In this document: one piece after another, positions 20,410-31,377 of the stretch
Numbering within the stretch: position 1 is the stretch's first letter
Layout of the letters: every line of letters starts with the position of its first letter
Assembly: GCA_001643675.2 (NCBI GenBank)
Contig: LSRY02000047.1
Span: 310,001-374,000 of the forward strand
DNA length: 64,000 bases
Origin: Monocercomonoides exilis PA203
Taxonomy: Eukaryota; Protista; Preaxostyla
Direction of reading: 5' to 3'
Made by a program: the position numbers and the translations under genes
The notes under the pieces: generated by a model
The model's database searches: none
Told to the model about the DNA's origin: nothing
What the model saw: only the letters and a program-made list of their open reading frames with translations

Positions 20410-23256
20410 TCATGGCACTTCTCTTCTCAACGACTTTGCAAAGTCTTTGGCTTTTCTTCGCTGCTTCTTTGTTTTGGCCAGAAATACTTTTGCTCGTTGG
20501 AAGCCGTGGAAATAATCAACAAGAACCAATTTCGAGTCTGCCTTGGACTTCCAAAAAGAGTTGCGCTGCTCTTCATTCTGATGAATCTTGCTGGTTTTGC
20601 TGGTCTGATTTCCTTTCATCCCACTTCCATTCTGCCACAAACCACCTGACCTGCTGCCCAAAGGAGAATGCGTGCAATCTTCCTGTAAACCCTTTTCCTG
20701 TCGATTTGTCACAGATTCATCTTTCAATACACCTGAAGAATTCTGAGCAAATAACATTGTCTGTGTCTGTTTTGCAGCTATCTCTCGAGGATCTCGCTTT
20801 GCATCCCCTTTGCTTCCTGACTCTGCTTGTGCTCGCGGAAGCGTTGGATGAGCAGAAGCATCAAACTCATCCCCAGAAAATCTGCTGCTCTCTTCTCCTC
20901 TATCATCTGCCATTTCTTTCGAAAGAACACTTGCTGCACTGAATGTGTGTGGCTGTGCTGCTGATGGCGATCCAGGCGGAGTGCACGAAGAAGGCGACAG
21001 AGAGGCTCCTTCTCTCCATTTCCCAAACTTCCCCAGCAGATCGCTCTCCAAATCGCTCTGCTCCTTCCCGCTCTCTTTGCGAACTCTCCAAAAAAACGTG
21101 CTTGCATCCCCTGAAAACGATGGCTCAGGCTTCTTTGCAGCTCCCAAGCTCCCTTTATCTGCAATGCCCGAATTCAAATCAGAAGAAGAAGAAGAAGAAG
21201 AAGAATGCATCTCGCTCAAATTTCTTTGCCCTTCCCACCTTCTGTTGCTGTCAAAAAGAGAGAACGGTGCAGACTGCCTCACTCCAAGTGTGCTGATGCT
21301 CCTTTTCGCCTGTCTTCTCCCTTTTGACGAGATGCTCTTTTCACTCCAAGCATTGTTTGACAACCTGTTCTCAGAGCCTATCGGATGTGCCGTATGATAT
21401 CCCCATCCAGCTGAAGAGGAAGATGATGCTGGCATTGATGCTTGCAGACGGAATTGTGCAGGATGCGAATGAGGCGTTGTGGCTGCTGGAAATGATGGGA
21501 TCGATTGAAGACGCCTTTCTTCGTTCCATTCAATCGGAGCTCTTCCCCAGCTGTTTGTCGAAGATTTGGCTTGCTCTTCACAAAGGCCAGACGGCATTCC
21601 ATCTCTCAGATGCTCTCCAGACACAGGAAATGGAAAGAACGAGCAAAGACTGCCAGAAAGCGGTCGAGCTCTGCCTGCTGAAAGCGAACGAGACTCAAAT
21701 CCAGAACTTGTTCTCAGATGCCGTTCATTTGAAAGCTTTCCTAAAATCGTGTTGCGAGCAGTTTTATCTGCAAAACTGAAGGATATGTCGACACTCGAAG
21801 GAGAAAGCGACCGACGGAGAAACACAGCACACGAAGGCAGTCGCGTGGCAGGAGAAATAGCACGAATTGACGAAAATGAAGACCCAGAATTTGCAGGCGG
21901 AAAACCAAATCGATAAGTGCTTGGTGAAGCACCACTTTTCTCTTGATGTGATCGCATCATTGGTGGAGGAGAAAAAAACGAACGCATTTTGCCTGAAGCA
22001 CCACCTCTGCTGTTCAGAACAGACAAAACTGCTTGAGTCGATGTGAGAGGCTTCCGATGCAACGATGCCATCACTTTTCTCGTGATCACTTTTTTCCTTA
22101 ATGATTCTTCGTTTTCAAACATCTGGCTTGCATTCCTGGTCTTCTTTTCAATGTTGCGAGTATCTTTAACCCTTGCTTCCTTGCCTTTCATTAATATCCC
22201 CTCCGCTCTTGATTTAAGATCGCAATTCTTCCATTGGCCAATTGCAGTGAGCAAAGAATGCTGAATCAGAAGCTGTGGCGAATCGAATTTGTTTGTTTTT
22301 GTTTTCAAAAACGTGTGCGGGGTGACCAAATTTGGAGATGTTTCAAATCTGTTTTTCGCGAAAATTGACATCAGTTTTCTTCTCATCTATCAGCACATAA
22401 TAAGTGAAAAAATATTTATTTATTTAAAAAAATATTTGAAAAAAAGCACAAATAAAAAACAAAAACAAAATAAAATAATATTATCACCACATACAAAATT
22501 ATAGCCAGACTGATAAATCAACTCAACAAAATTGTCCATTGTCTCTCTCAAAAGATTTGAATCACCTTCTTGCCTTTTTTTGTACAGCTCTCCTCCAATT
22601 GCTTCGATAACATCTGCTGACAGCTTTTGCTGCTTGAGTTCGTTGTCTGTGCCTTGGAAGCATTTGTCAAAGGACAATCTTTCTTGCGGAGTCAGAATTG
22701 TTAATCTGATTTTCAGATTCTCAAAAATTTCTCTGAAATGCCCATTCTGCACGCAGCAAACGCGCAAAAACCTTAAAAGCTCTCCATCAAAATTGAAATG
22801 CTTCATTATAATCTTTTTTGTGATTCTATGAAGCCTTAAAGATATATCAAACAAAAGCTTGCAAACAATTCCTCGAGAATCGAATCTCCAAGCCACTCAA
22901 TCGCTAAAAGCAAAAAGCATGTTATAATTAACTACTAACACAACGAACATACTCTCAAATTCTCTGCTTCCCACCAAAAAGCAATCGATTAATAAATGCT
23001 TAGATTTGCACTCTCTGAGTAAGTTTCCCACCTTGTCGTACAGTTTGGATCTGCCCAATTTCATCCTTAAAAACAAGCAATAAAACAAAAACAAACATGT
23101 TCATTTATTTATGATTTTATAAAAATTGATCATAGACATATTTAATGTTTTCAAAGCTGAAAGATTTTTTATCTCGCTTTTTGAGCCAACAAGAATATTT
23201 TTATGAATAAATGAAAGGCATTCCTTTATCCAAATGCCAAGCTTTAACAGAAACAT
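20410..23256 (-). CDS. Single RNase III-domain protein with long disordered Ser/Arg-rich C-terminus (~870 aa); 1-nt frameshift at ~22872 in this sequence
   Basis: Exons 23256-23138, 23065-22953, 22903-22495 and 22386-20410, with GT-AG introns in matching phase. The spliced product reads FETIEWLGDSILE/GIVCKLLF ... LRVCCVQNGHF ... KLSADVIEAIGGELY, matching RNase III ERLEFLGD, LVxN and ADxxEAxxGAxY motifs. The 3' end of the model is uncertain. Confidence 0.78.
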
Positions 23257-23332
23257 CGAAATGATTGTTTGTTTTAATTATTATTTTTTTTAATTTATTT
23301 TTTAATTTTTTTAATAATAATAAAAATTATTA

Positions 23333-24140
23333 TTATTGTGTCAAGTTTCTGTAATGTTCATTCAGAAGTGCTCTTTCTGTTGTGGTTCCTGCTTGCAACA
23401 ACCCATTCAGCGCCTTTCCCTTCAGAGGTGACTGTTCATGTTCATTGTCAGCATATAGCTTGTGTTCAAAGAGATCCCATTCGCCAAGTTTATTCATTGC
23501 TCTTCTTTTCTTCCTCCTTCGCGTTTCCCATCTTTCCAGCATTGCCCATGCTGCTCACTCCTCTCATAACCCACCATCTCCGTTCCTGACATTGATTCGC
23601 AATCCTTCTCCCTCAACAGCAGGCAAAGCCTTTTTATCTTTTGTTGTGCCTCATCTGTTTCCTATTGCTCCATCTCATTCGCTTCCTCCAGCTCTTTTGC
23701 ATCATTCAGCAAAATCTTTGTGATCCCTTCGTCATCATTGAAGGAGAAGATATCACTTTACAGAAAAACTCGAGACTCATCGCATTCATTAAATTCAATA
23801 ACCACACCAACAAGCCCATGCACAAATGTTCTCTGAATCGCTTGCAAACTTCTGTGCTTTTACGGTATGGGTCACCACTTTTGGTACTTCAATCACGCTG
23901 CACCGCAAAAGACACCACATGAGGAACATATCTGCCTTGCTGAGTTCGTCGTTGTTCGTCGTCTGCTTCTGCTGGATGAAGATGTTGAAGGCAAATGATT
24001 CAGATGAAGCGATGCTACCGAGCTATGAGTAGCTTTCTTCCTCTTTTCACTGCACGGATCTTCATTTTTAGTTGTTTTTCACTTTTCCTGGTGAATGCTT
24101 CCATCTCCTTCGATTTCAGATAAATCAGCTGTCAATCGAC
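23333..24140 (-). pseudogene. Possible decayed coding remnant of unknown family
   Basis: GC is raised relative to the flanks. A protein-like minus frame (GLVGVVIEFNECDESRVFL*SDIFSFNDDEGITKILLNDAKELEEANEMEQ*ETDEAQQKIKRLC) is broken by TAA 23758-23760 and TAG 23662-23664. No homology recognised. Confidence 0.35.
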
Positions 24141-24384
24141 AAACCTGTTTTATTTTTATGTAAACTCATGACTACAGCATCGAGAGGGAGCATTGGTAAA
24201 ATATCATGCTCATGAAGGAGCAACTGGTAAGGGTATTTGAGAATTTGATGCGCAATCGGACTAGAATGCTTGCTGAACTTTCTATTTTTTAGTGTTGAGA
24301 TAAACTTATTGGAAATAAACAAAGGCTCACTTTGTCAACATGGAAAAGTCGAATATTAAGCAGTTAATGATGATGGGAAACAGA

Positions 24385-24420
24385 AATTTGAGGAATTTGA
24401 GGAATTTGAGGAATTTGAGG
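24385..24420 (+). repeat. Tandem 9-mer (AATTTGAGG)4
   Basis: Directly visible. Confidence 0.9.
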
Positions 24421-24913
24421 AAAAAGAAGAGGAAGAGAAAGAAATAACAGCTATTAATTTGAGAGACAATTTCAATGAATGTGATTTGGGAATGGAACGA
24501 AGGGCCATTTGAATGAAGAAGGAAGAATTGCAATTGACAGAGAAGAGAATGAAGAGGATCGACACAAACACTTTTCCTTCTCAGTTTCATGGAAAATATT
24601 ACAAGAAAGGGGATAAGACGAGAAAGCGAGAGGTTGCAAGAGATGATAGCTGACCAATTGAACACATAATAAAAAAATAGAACTTCTGAGAAGAAAATAA
24701 AGCTCAATAATTCGTTGTGAAGATTCTTGGTGGCAATTAAAGAAAAGATTTGAAAGGATTTTTTATCTTTTTCATTTATTTTTTTTCCCCTTGAAATGAG
24801 ACAAAATAAAACTCTTAAAAGCTTCTTTCAAAACGAATGTTTTCAATATCGTGAGTGCATAATAAAAAGAAAAATATCAATTTGGAGTTACAGAATTTAA
24901 AAGATTCAATTTA

Positions 24914-26364
24914 TTAAATATTCACAAAGAAATTGGAAAAATTTTTCATAAAATGAGCATGATATTTTTCATAAACAAAATCAAATATTTCATGCAAGCA
25001 TGTGATGCTATCTTCGTATCCTTCTTCTTCCATCCATTCAAATATTTTTCTTTTGAATGTCTTTCTTTTCGCTTCATCCATTTCATCATCCGTCTTTTTT
25101 TTCAATATTTGTGAAATATTCAAAAAGAAATGAAAACAATAGAATACAATAAAATCGTTCAAAGTTGATTGTTTCATTTCCTCCAAAAATGCATCAATGA
25201 CACCTTTCTTCAACAAAGCATCAGCAATCTCGATCACGGCTTCCGTTTCTTTTCTAAAGATAAAAATGCACAAAAAGCTAAAATTTCGGTAATTTTCCAT
25301 TGCTGATCGATAAACTCGAACGATGCTGTCAGTAAGACCAGAAAGCTCTTCATTCCAATGTGGGCACGCCCCAAAGAAATAATAAACAGTAGCGAGCCAT
25401 CTCAAGATTATATTCATTTCTTCTTCTTCTCTTTCTTTTTCTTCTGTTTTTCTCTTCCAATCAATGCATTTCATCAGATGATCCAGTTCTCTGCTTGCCT
25501 CTCTCATAAATTGCAGTTCATCCACAACAACTTCATCCAAGTTATCGTCATAGCTGTATAATCGGTGAATAAAAAACTGCCAAGCTGATTGATAAGCAAT
25601 TCGTGTCAGATTGTGATGCTCCTGATGATATTTGATGATCTCTTTGATTTGCTTCAAATACAGTTCTTGTTCCAGATACTAATAAAACCGAGAAAGTCAT
25701 TTTAAAAACGTCTTAAATAAAATAGAAAAATTCAGACTTCATGTTTTATATTGCTCAAAGCCCTTAAGACCACCTCAACTTCTATTTTGGTTTCCTCCTT
25801 TTCTTCTTTGTTCAAAGCAACTTTCAGAAGGCAAGGCACACAAACAGAAAGTAATTCTTCTGAACGATCATCGTAATGCAGTATAATATAGCATTCACAG
25901 AGATCAATCAGGAGTTTTTCATTCTTTTCTTCTTTTTTCTTCTCCTCTTCAACAACCATACTTTGAATAATTTTGCTTGCCAATGATTCATTAAAATTTT
26001 TCGAATATAATTCATTCAATAATTCATAACATCCAATAGACTTCAATAAATAAATGATATTTTCCATCGGTATTTTCTTTTCTTCAATCATTTTTCCAAT
26101 TTCATTGAATCGTTCTTCTGTGAAAACAGATTCAAATTCTTCTTCATTCAAATAGGCAATCAATTCGTCCATTTCTTTGAGTTTCCAATTTTGTTCATCT
26201 GCATCGTAATGCCCCAGCTCAGAAAACAATTCTATTAAATTTTATGAATAAAAAGATGTTGAGCATTCCAAGAAACAATAAAAATATTGCAAACTTAAAA
26301 ATTTGTCCGTTGATGGCATCTCTTGAAGTTTATTGGCAGACTTATTATCGGATAATGCTTTCAT
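24914..26364 (-). CDS. Intact member of the expanded helical (ARM-like) hypothetical protein family (~442 aa, 3 exons)
   Basis: Exons 26364-26295, 26231-25738, 25678-24914 join in frame (1329 nt) with 63- and 59-nt GT-AG introns. Collinear with 3640-5063. Confidence 0.88.
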
Positions 26365-27092
26365 TCGAATTATAACTGGTTTTTCTCTTTTTATTTAATT
26401 ATTCTTCAGACAAAATAAAATATAAATGCAAATATCGATTATTATCAAGCAAAAAGAAAAGGATCGCAAAGCAAACAATTAATTTTTTGTTTTATATAAA
26501 GAAGTGAAAAAGAAAGTGCGAAGAAGCAATAAGGACTGGTTGTAGGATACCAGAAATTTAAATCTTTTTTCTTTTTGATCTTACCAACAGTTTATTAGAT
26601 GAACATTGTTTTTTTACAATAATTTGAAAAACATTCTTTTAGCACTTTTTTCTCATTTTTGAACGGAACAAATCTAAAAACATAAATTGAATTTGAGTGA
26701 ACAGAAAAAGAAAGCAGATTGTCTTGAAAGTTCAATGGCGTATTCTTCTTGTTTTTTTGATTAAAAAATGAAATTGCAAACAAAAACATGAGATGTTTTT
26801 TTGCTTGATATGTTTTGCATTGTATTGCATTAGCCATGGGTGAAGTAAAGAAAAAAGTTTGTCACGTCCGTCACCACTTCTCCACTACAAAAAAAAAAAA
26901 AAAAAGAAAGAAAGAAAGAACACTAATATTCTATCTGTCAGAGATGATGAAGAAGAGACATTTATTTTATAATGCTCTTCTTAGCTTTAGTCTTTTCGTA
27001 TTTTAAACAAATTTTCCATTATAAAAATACTTAATTAACTTGGATTAGACTATTAATTATTTGTATCGAAAAAAGGGCTTTATGTGCGCGCT

Positions 27093-30000
27093 ATGGATGA
27101 GAGATGCCCTTACTCAATTGGAAAAGATGGTTCATCTTTTATATGCAGAAAATATTGCCGTCGTTTCTGTTTGACAATATTTGGCTTATATTATAATTTT
27201 TTGCAATTATTATTTCAGAATAAATATAAATATTTATCAATTCCATTTATCTGTTGCTTCTATCTTTCTAAATTAAAAGGACTTCGGCTTCTTCTGCATA
27301 TTTTGTCTTCATCTTCTTTTTCTGTAAAAGACAGTAAAAAGAACTTGTTGCAATGGCGTTGGACAAAAATCAAGCAAATTTTTTCACAACTTTGCATTAT
27401 GCTTCCAAGCGATGCACAACTTTCTAGACTTGCTGAAGTTTGTTTCTCGTCTTTTGGGACTTTTGATGGCCAATGCTCAAAATGTTGTGTGTGCCGCAAA
27501 TGTTCGTTTCGGAATTGTATTAAGCACTCGAGATGTTGTTGCTATTTGGAAGAATCTCGATTAAGTTCAATGGCTTCGGCTAACGGAAACAAAAATACAT
27601 TCATGGAGGAAAAATTATCTCCAACATTTATCCATAACGTATTGAATCAAGATGAAATATTGTCAACGATGACAATACCCAATCAACAAAAAAGGGAAAT
27701 TTTTAAGATTTTTTCACAAAATAGTATTGGAAATTTGGCAAATAATTCCACTTTTCAGTCACTTAGAAATTGGTTGCCATTAATTTTTCAGGTTATAAAG
27801 CAGGAGCTTAAACTTTTCCAAGAATTAACAAGCCGAAGAATGTGCAGTGCATTCGATTTGATTGCTGTGCCTCATTTAGCAACCCAGCTCATGTCGCTGA
27901 TATTCTTTATTGATTTCAGCTTTCGGACACTTGCCAGAGCCAATCAGTGCTTCTTTTCTCTATCAAAGGATACAAAGTTGAAGCCTCGGGATTCTGTCAG
28001 TTCGATTCATTCTGAATTTTCTGTGTTATCCTTGCCAAAATTCCTGCTTTCGCATTCTTTATCAGAACTGCCATCTGTGCTTTCTTCTTCTTCTCTTTCT
28101 TCTTCTCTTTCTTCTTCTCTTTCTTCTTCTCTTTCTTCATCGGCAACCATGAGCATTATGTGGAACTTCGTCACCAGCATCAAAGCCAGCGCACTGAGCA
28201 TCTGCTGCTTTCTGATTCAGCACGCTTCACCCGCTGACGTCTTTCGCACGCTGAACAAACCTCTTTTCACAGACAATTTCTGTTCCAACGTGCGAGCACA
28301 ATATTCTGCACTTCCTGTGGCCTATTCGATGACGGCAGTCTTTGTGCATCTGCTTGTGAGTGAGGCACATTGCTCAGTCTTAAATGCTCTCACGGCGCTG
28401 CTCGTGGCTGTCCAACAGCGGTTTGGCAGCTGGCGTGTGGGAAATGACATGAAAGATGAAAAGATTGAAATGCGAACAGCAAATAATTCATCGACTTTGC
28501 GAAAAAATGAAATTTTCTCGTCGAATTTGCATTCGACATTTACTGGTGCTACATCTTCTGCTGAGCAAACGTCAAACTTTTTGAAGTTTTCTCCATTCAG
28601 CCCAACACGAAAAGACTTGAAACAATGTCCGTATTCCGTCTCTTCAATAAAGACAAGTCAGTTAAATCATTCTTCCTGCACAGCTTCTTCTTCTTCACAG
28701 TCTTCTTCTTTATCATCATCATCTTCCTCCTCTTCTTCTTCTTCATTGCCTTCTTCTTCGTCAACTTCCCCATTTTCTTCTTCTTCTTCTTCTTCTTCTT
28801 CTTCCTCTTCCTCTTCCTCTTCCTCTTCTTCGCCTAAACGCCATCCAAACTCAAACTTCACTCCTGTTTCTCCTTATTCCCTTTCCTCACGATTGTCTCC
28901 AAAGAAAGAAACACACACAGAAAGCACAACAACAGCAGCTGCCAATGTTGAACTTTTGAGCTTTCTGAGTCCACCTCCGTTTCCTTCTCTTTCTCCGCTG
29001 ATTGATTGCTTGGTTACACCCCCATTGATTGAATCGCCTGGATTTTCTTTTCATCTTTCTTCTTTTACTCCTCCTCCTACTCTTTCTTCTTCTAATTCTT
29101 CTTCTCCATCTTCTTCTTACTCTTACTCTTCCTCTTCCTCTTCCTCTTCTTCCTCTTCCTCTTCCTCTGTAAGTTTCCCAGCATCAGCTTCAACTGAACT
29201 CCACAGTCATTCATCACAACCGGCTTCTCCTCTTTTCTCGCTTTCTCGTTCGCTTTCTCTTTCTCCCTCGCAAAATGCAACAGAAAAGCAACAGCAGCAG
29301 CAACAGATGAAAAAGTCGCAAAGATCGCTTCCTTTTTGCATCTCAGACATTTTGGCATCATCAACTGCGTCGACATCATCATCATCATCATCATCATCAT
29401 CTTCTTCTTCTTCTTCTTCTTCTTCTTCTTCTTCTTCTTCTTCTTCTTCTGTAGCTTTACTCCCTCCGCCTTTTCATATAAATTCTCAAACTTCGAATTC
29501 AGCAATTGCAACATCATCATTAACAGCATCATCATCATCTTCTTCTTCTTCTATTTCTTCTTACTCATTACCATCTTCTTCTTCCTCTTCCTCTTCCTCT
29601 ACTTCTTCTTCTTCTTCTTCTCCGATTTCTCCAAATCCAACTTCTCACTCAGAACTGCCCAAGCCTCATCGTTTCAACGCCGAACACATGAAAATCCTTC
29701 CTCCTCCTCCTTTTATTTCCCCCAAACATCATTCAATTCGCACTAGTTGCTGTTCTTATCAGTGTCATAATTGCTCAGAAGCTGCGCCTCTGCTTTCGAA
29801 TGGCCATCGATATCATCAACAGAATCGGCAGGAGAAAGCAGCCGTTTCTCCTGTTCCAACCGGAATTGGCCAGAACTCATTGAATTTTGGAGCAAATGCT
29901 CATGTGCCGCTTTTTTCTCCGATTTCTCCTGATTCTTTTATTTCTCCGAATTCTCCAATTTCTCCGAGTTCATCATCATCATCTTCGTCGTCGTCGTCGT

Positions 30001-30191
30001 CGTCTTCTTCTTCGTCGTCGTCGTCTTCGTCTTCCAGTGATGATTCATCTTTGGCTCGGGATGAGAGCGAGCTGAGAGATGAAATGATTGAAGAAGGACT
30101 GTTTGATCTGGTGGTAGCGTTTATTCACCATCCCATTGCTGAAAAGTCTTTGAATGTTGCTAAATTATTCGAATTTACTCAGCTTTTATAA
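27093..30191 (+). CDS. Ser-rich hypothetical protein (~1000 aa) with N-terminal Cys cluster and helical segments
   Basis: 1035-codon ORF; ATG at 27093; probable in-frame intron ~27160-27279. Contains CSKCCVCRKCSFRNCIKHSRCCC, multiple poly-Ser tracts and C-terminal ELRDEMIEEGLFDLVVAF. Confidence 0.8.
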   Translation: MDERCPYSIGKDGSSFICRKYCRRFCLTIFGLYYNFLQLLFQNKYKYLSIPFICCFYLSKLKGLRLLLHILSSSSFSVKDSKKNLLQWRWTKIKQIFSQLCIMLPSDAQLSRLAEVCFSSFGTFDGQCSKCCVCRKCSFRNCIKHSRCCCYLEESRLSSMASANGNKNTFMEEKLSPTFIHNVLNQDEILSTMTIPNQQKREIFKIFSQNSIGNLANNSTFQSLRNWLPLIFQVIKQELKLFQELTSRRMCSAFDLIAVPHLATQLMSLIFFIDFSFRTLARANQCFFSLSKDTKLKPRDSVSSIHSEFSVLSLPKFLLSHSLSELPSVLSSSSLSSSLSSSLSSSLSSSATMSIMWNFVTSIKASALSICCFLIQHASPADVFRTLNKPLFTDNFCSNVRAQYSALPVAYSMTAVFVHLLVSEAHCSVLNALTALLVAVQQRFGSWRVGNDMKDEKIEMRTANNSSTLRKNEIFSSNLHSTFTGATSSAEQTSNFLKFSPFSPTRKDLKQCPYSVSSIKTSQLNHSSCTASSSSQSSSLSSSSSSSSSSSLPSSSSTSPFSSSSSSSSSSSSSSSSSSSPKRHPNSNFTPVSPYSLSSRLSPKKETHTESTTTAAANVELLSFLSPPPFPSLSPLIDCLVTPPLIESPGFSFHLSSFTPPPTLSSSNSSSPSSSYSYSSSSSSSSSSSSSSVSFPASASTELHSHSSQPASPLFSLSRSLSLSPSQNATEKQQQQQQMKKSQRSLPFCISDILASSTASTSSSSSSSSSSSSSSSSSSSSSSSSSVALLPPPFHINSQTSNSAIATSSLTASSSSSSSSISSYSLPSSSSSSSSSTSSSSSSPISPNPTSHSELPKPHRFNAEHMKILPPPPFISPKHHSIRTSCCSYQCHNCSEAAPLLSNGHRYHQQNRQEKAAVSPVPTGIGQNSLNFGANAHVPLFSPISPDSFISPNSPISPSSSSSSSSSSSSSSSSSSSSSSSSDDSSLARDESELRDEMIEEGLFDLVVAFIHHPIAEKSLNVAKLFEFTQLL

Positions 30192-31377
30192 CAGTTTTGA
30201 TTTTTTTTCTCTCTCTCTTTGAAATGTGGACCAAACAATGGTTTTTTTTCTTTATTAAACATTCGAAATATTAATTGAATTGTGTGAAATTCTGTAAACT
30301 ATTTTCCCTTATATATTTTTTAAGTTTTTTTTCGATTTTTCTTTCTTTAAACTTTTTAGTTTTTTACAAAACAATGTTAAGCTTTTGATATCTTCTCATT
30401 TCATTTTGTTTCTTGTTGTTATTTCGCAAGCTGAATTTTGCTTTTCTTTTTTATTTTATCTTTCAACTTGAATGAAAAAAAGGAAGCTTGCACAAGTGCA
30501 TTCTTCAGCCATTTTGTTTGAACCTTCTCTTTTTCGAACAGAATTTTATATTCTATGAATCGTCAATTATTGTAAATTTTTCTCTTTCTTTTTGATTTTT
30601 TTTCTTTTTTCTTTTCTTTTTTTGTGTTTTGTAAGATTTCCGTTCTTTCAAGTGAATGTTACGCTCTTAGAAAATAAATGGATTATGCTGCTGTAAATTT
30701 ACAATTTGGAGTTGTTTATAATCAACTGTCAATTGTAATGTTAACCATTTCCTTTCATTGCCTGCACCGTGTTATTTGAATGGCAACGCAACTTTTTTCA
30801 CTTTTTTTTCCATTTTCTTTAAGTGTTTATTTAAAAGTGGATTTTCTTCATTCGATCCTTTCTCTGATTGGACTGTCGTTTGGCATCCGCCACGCAAATT
30901 GCATTATTCTCTGATGATTTTTCATTTTTATTAACTTATTCTTTTCTTCTTCTTTTTCTTCTGAGAGCTTTTTGACGGCAAGCAATTGCTTTCTTCATCG
31001 GGAAAAACATGTCGTTTTAGTCATGTTTAGAAAGAAGAAGACAACGTTGTTTGTTTTATTTTTTTCATTTATTCCTTCTCTCTTGATTTTTTTAAAAAGA
31101 TATTTTCAATTTTATTTCGACAATGAGTTGCGTACATGTGCTTAGTAATTGTTTTATTCTTCTTGTTTCAGAGAAGAACATATTGAACACAAGAAAAAAA
31201 AAGAATAAACAAGAAAAAAGAAAAAACAGAAAAATCGAATTTTTTTAAATCTCGCTCCGGTAATCAATCATAAATAATAAAAGAAATCTCAATAATCAAA
31301 AACAAATAATGCACAATTCACAAAATAATAAACTGCAAAGATAACAAAAATCCAAATGAGCGATGTTCAATTAAAGC

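Noticed and set aside
20160-20410. Possible extra coding sequence beyond the RNase III gene stop (e.g. DDCAKPLEMAFEIGEEDLTEFSF*)
   Set aside because: No consistent splice or frame solution found; left unresolved.
22420-22896. Stand-alone 158-aa ORF starting at GTG
   Set aside because: Better explained as exon 3 of the RNase III gene; its 3' end runs into an intron.
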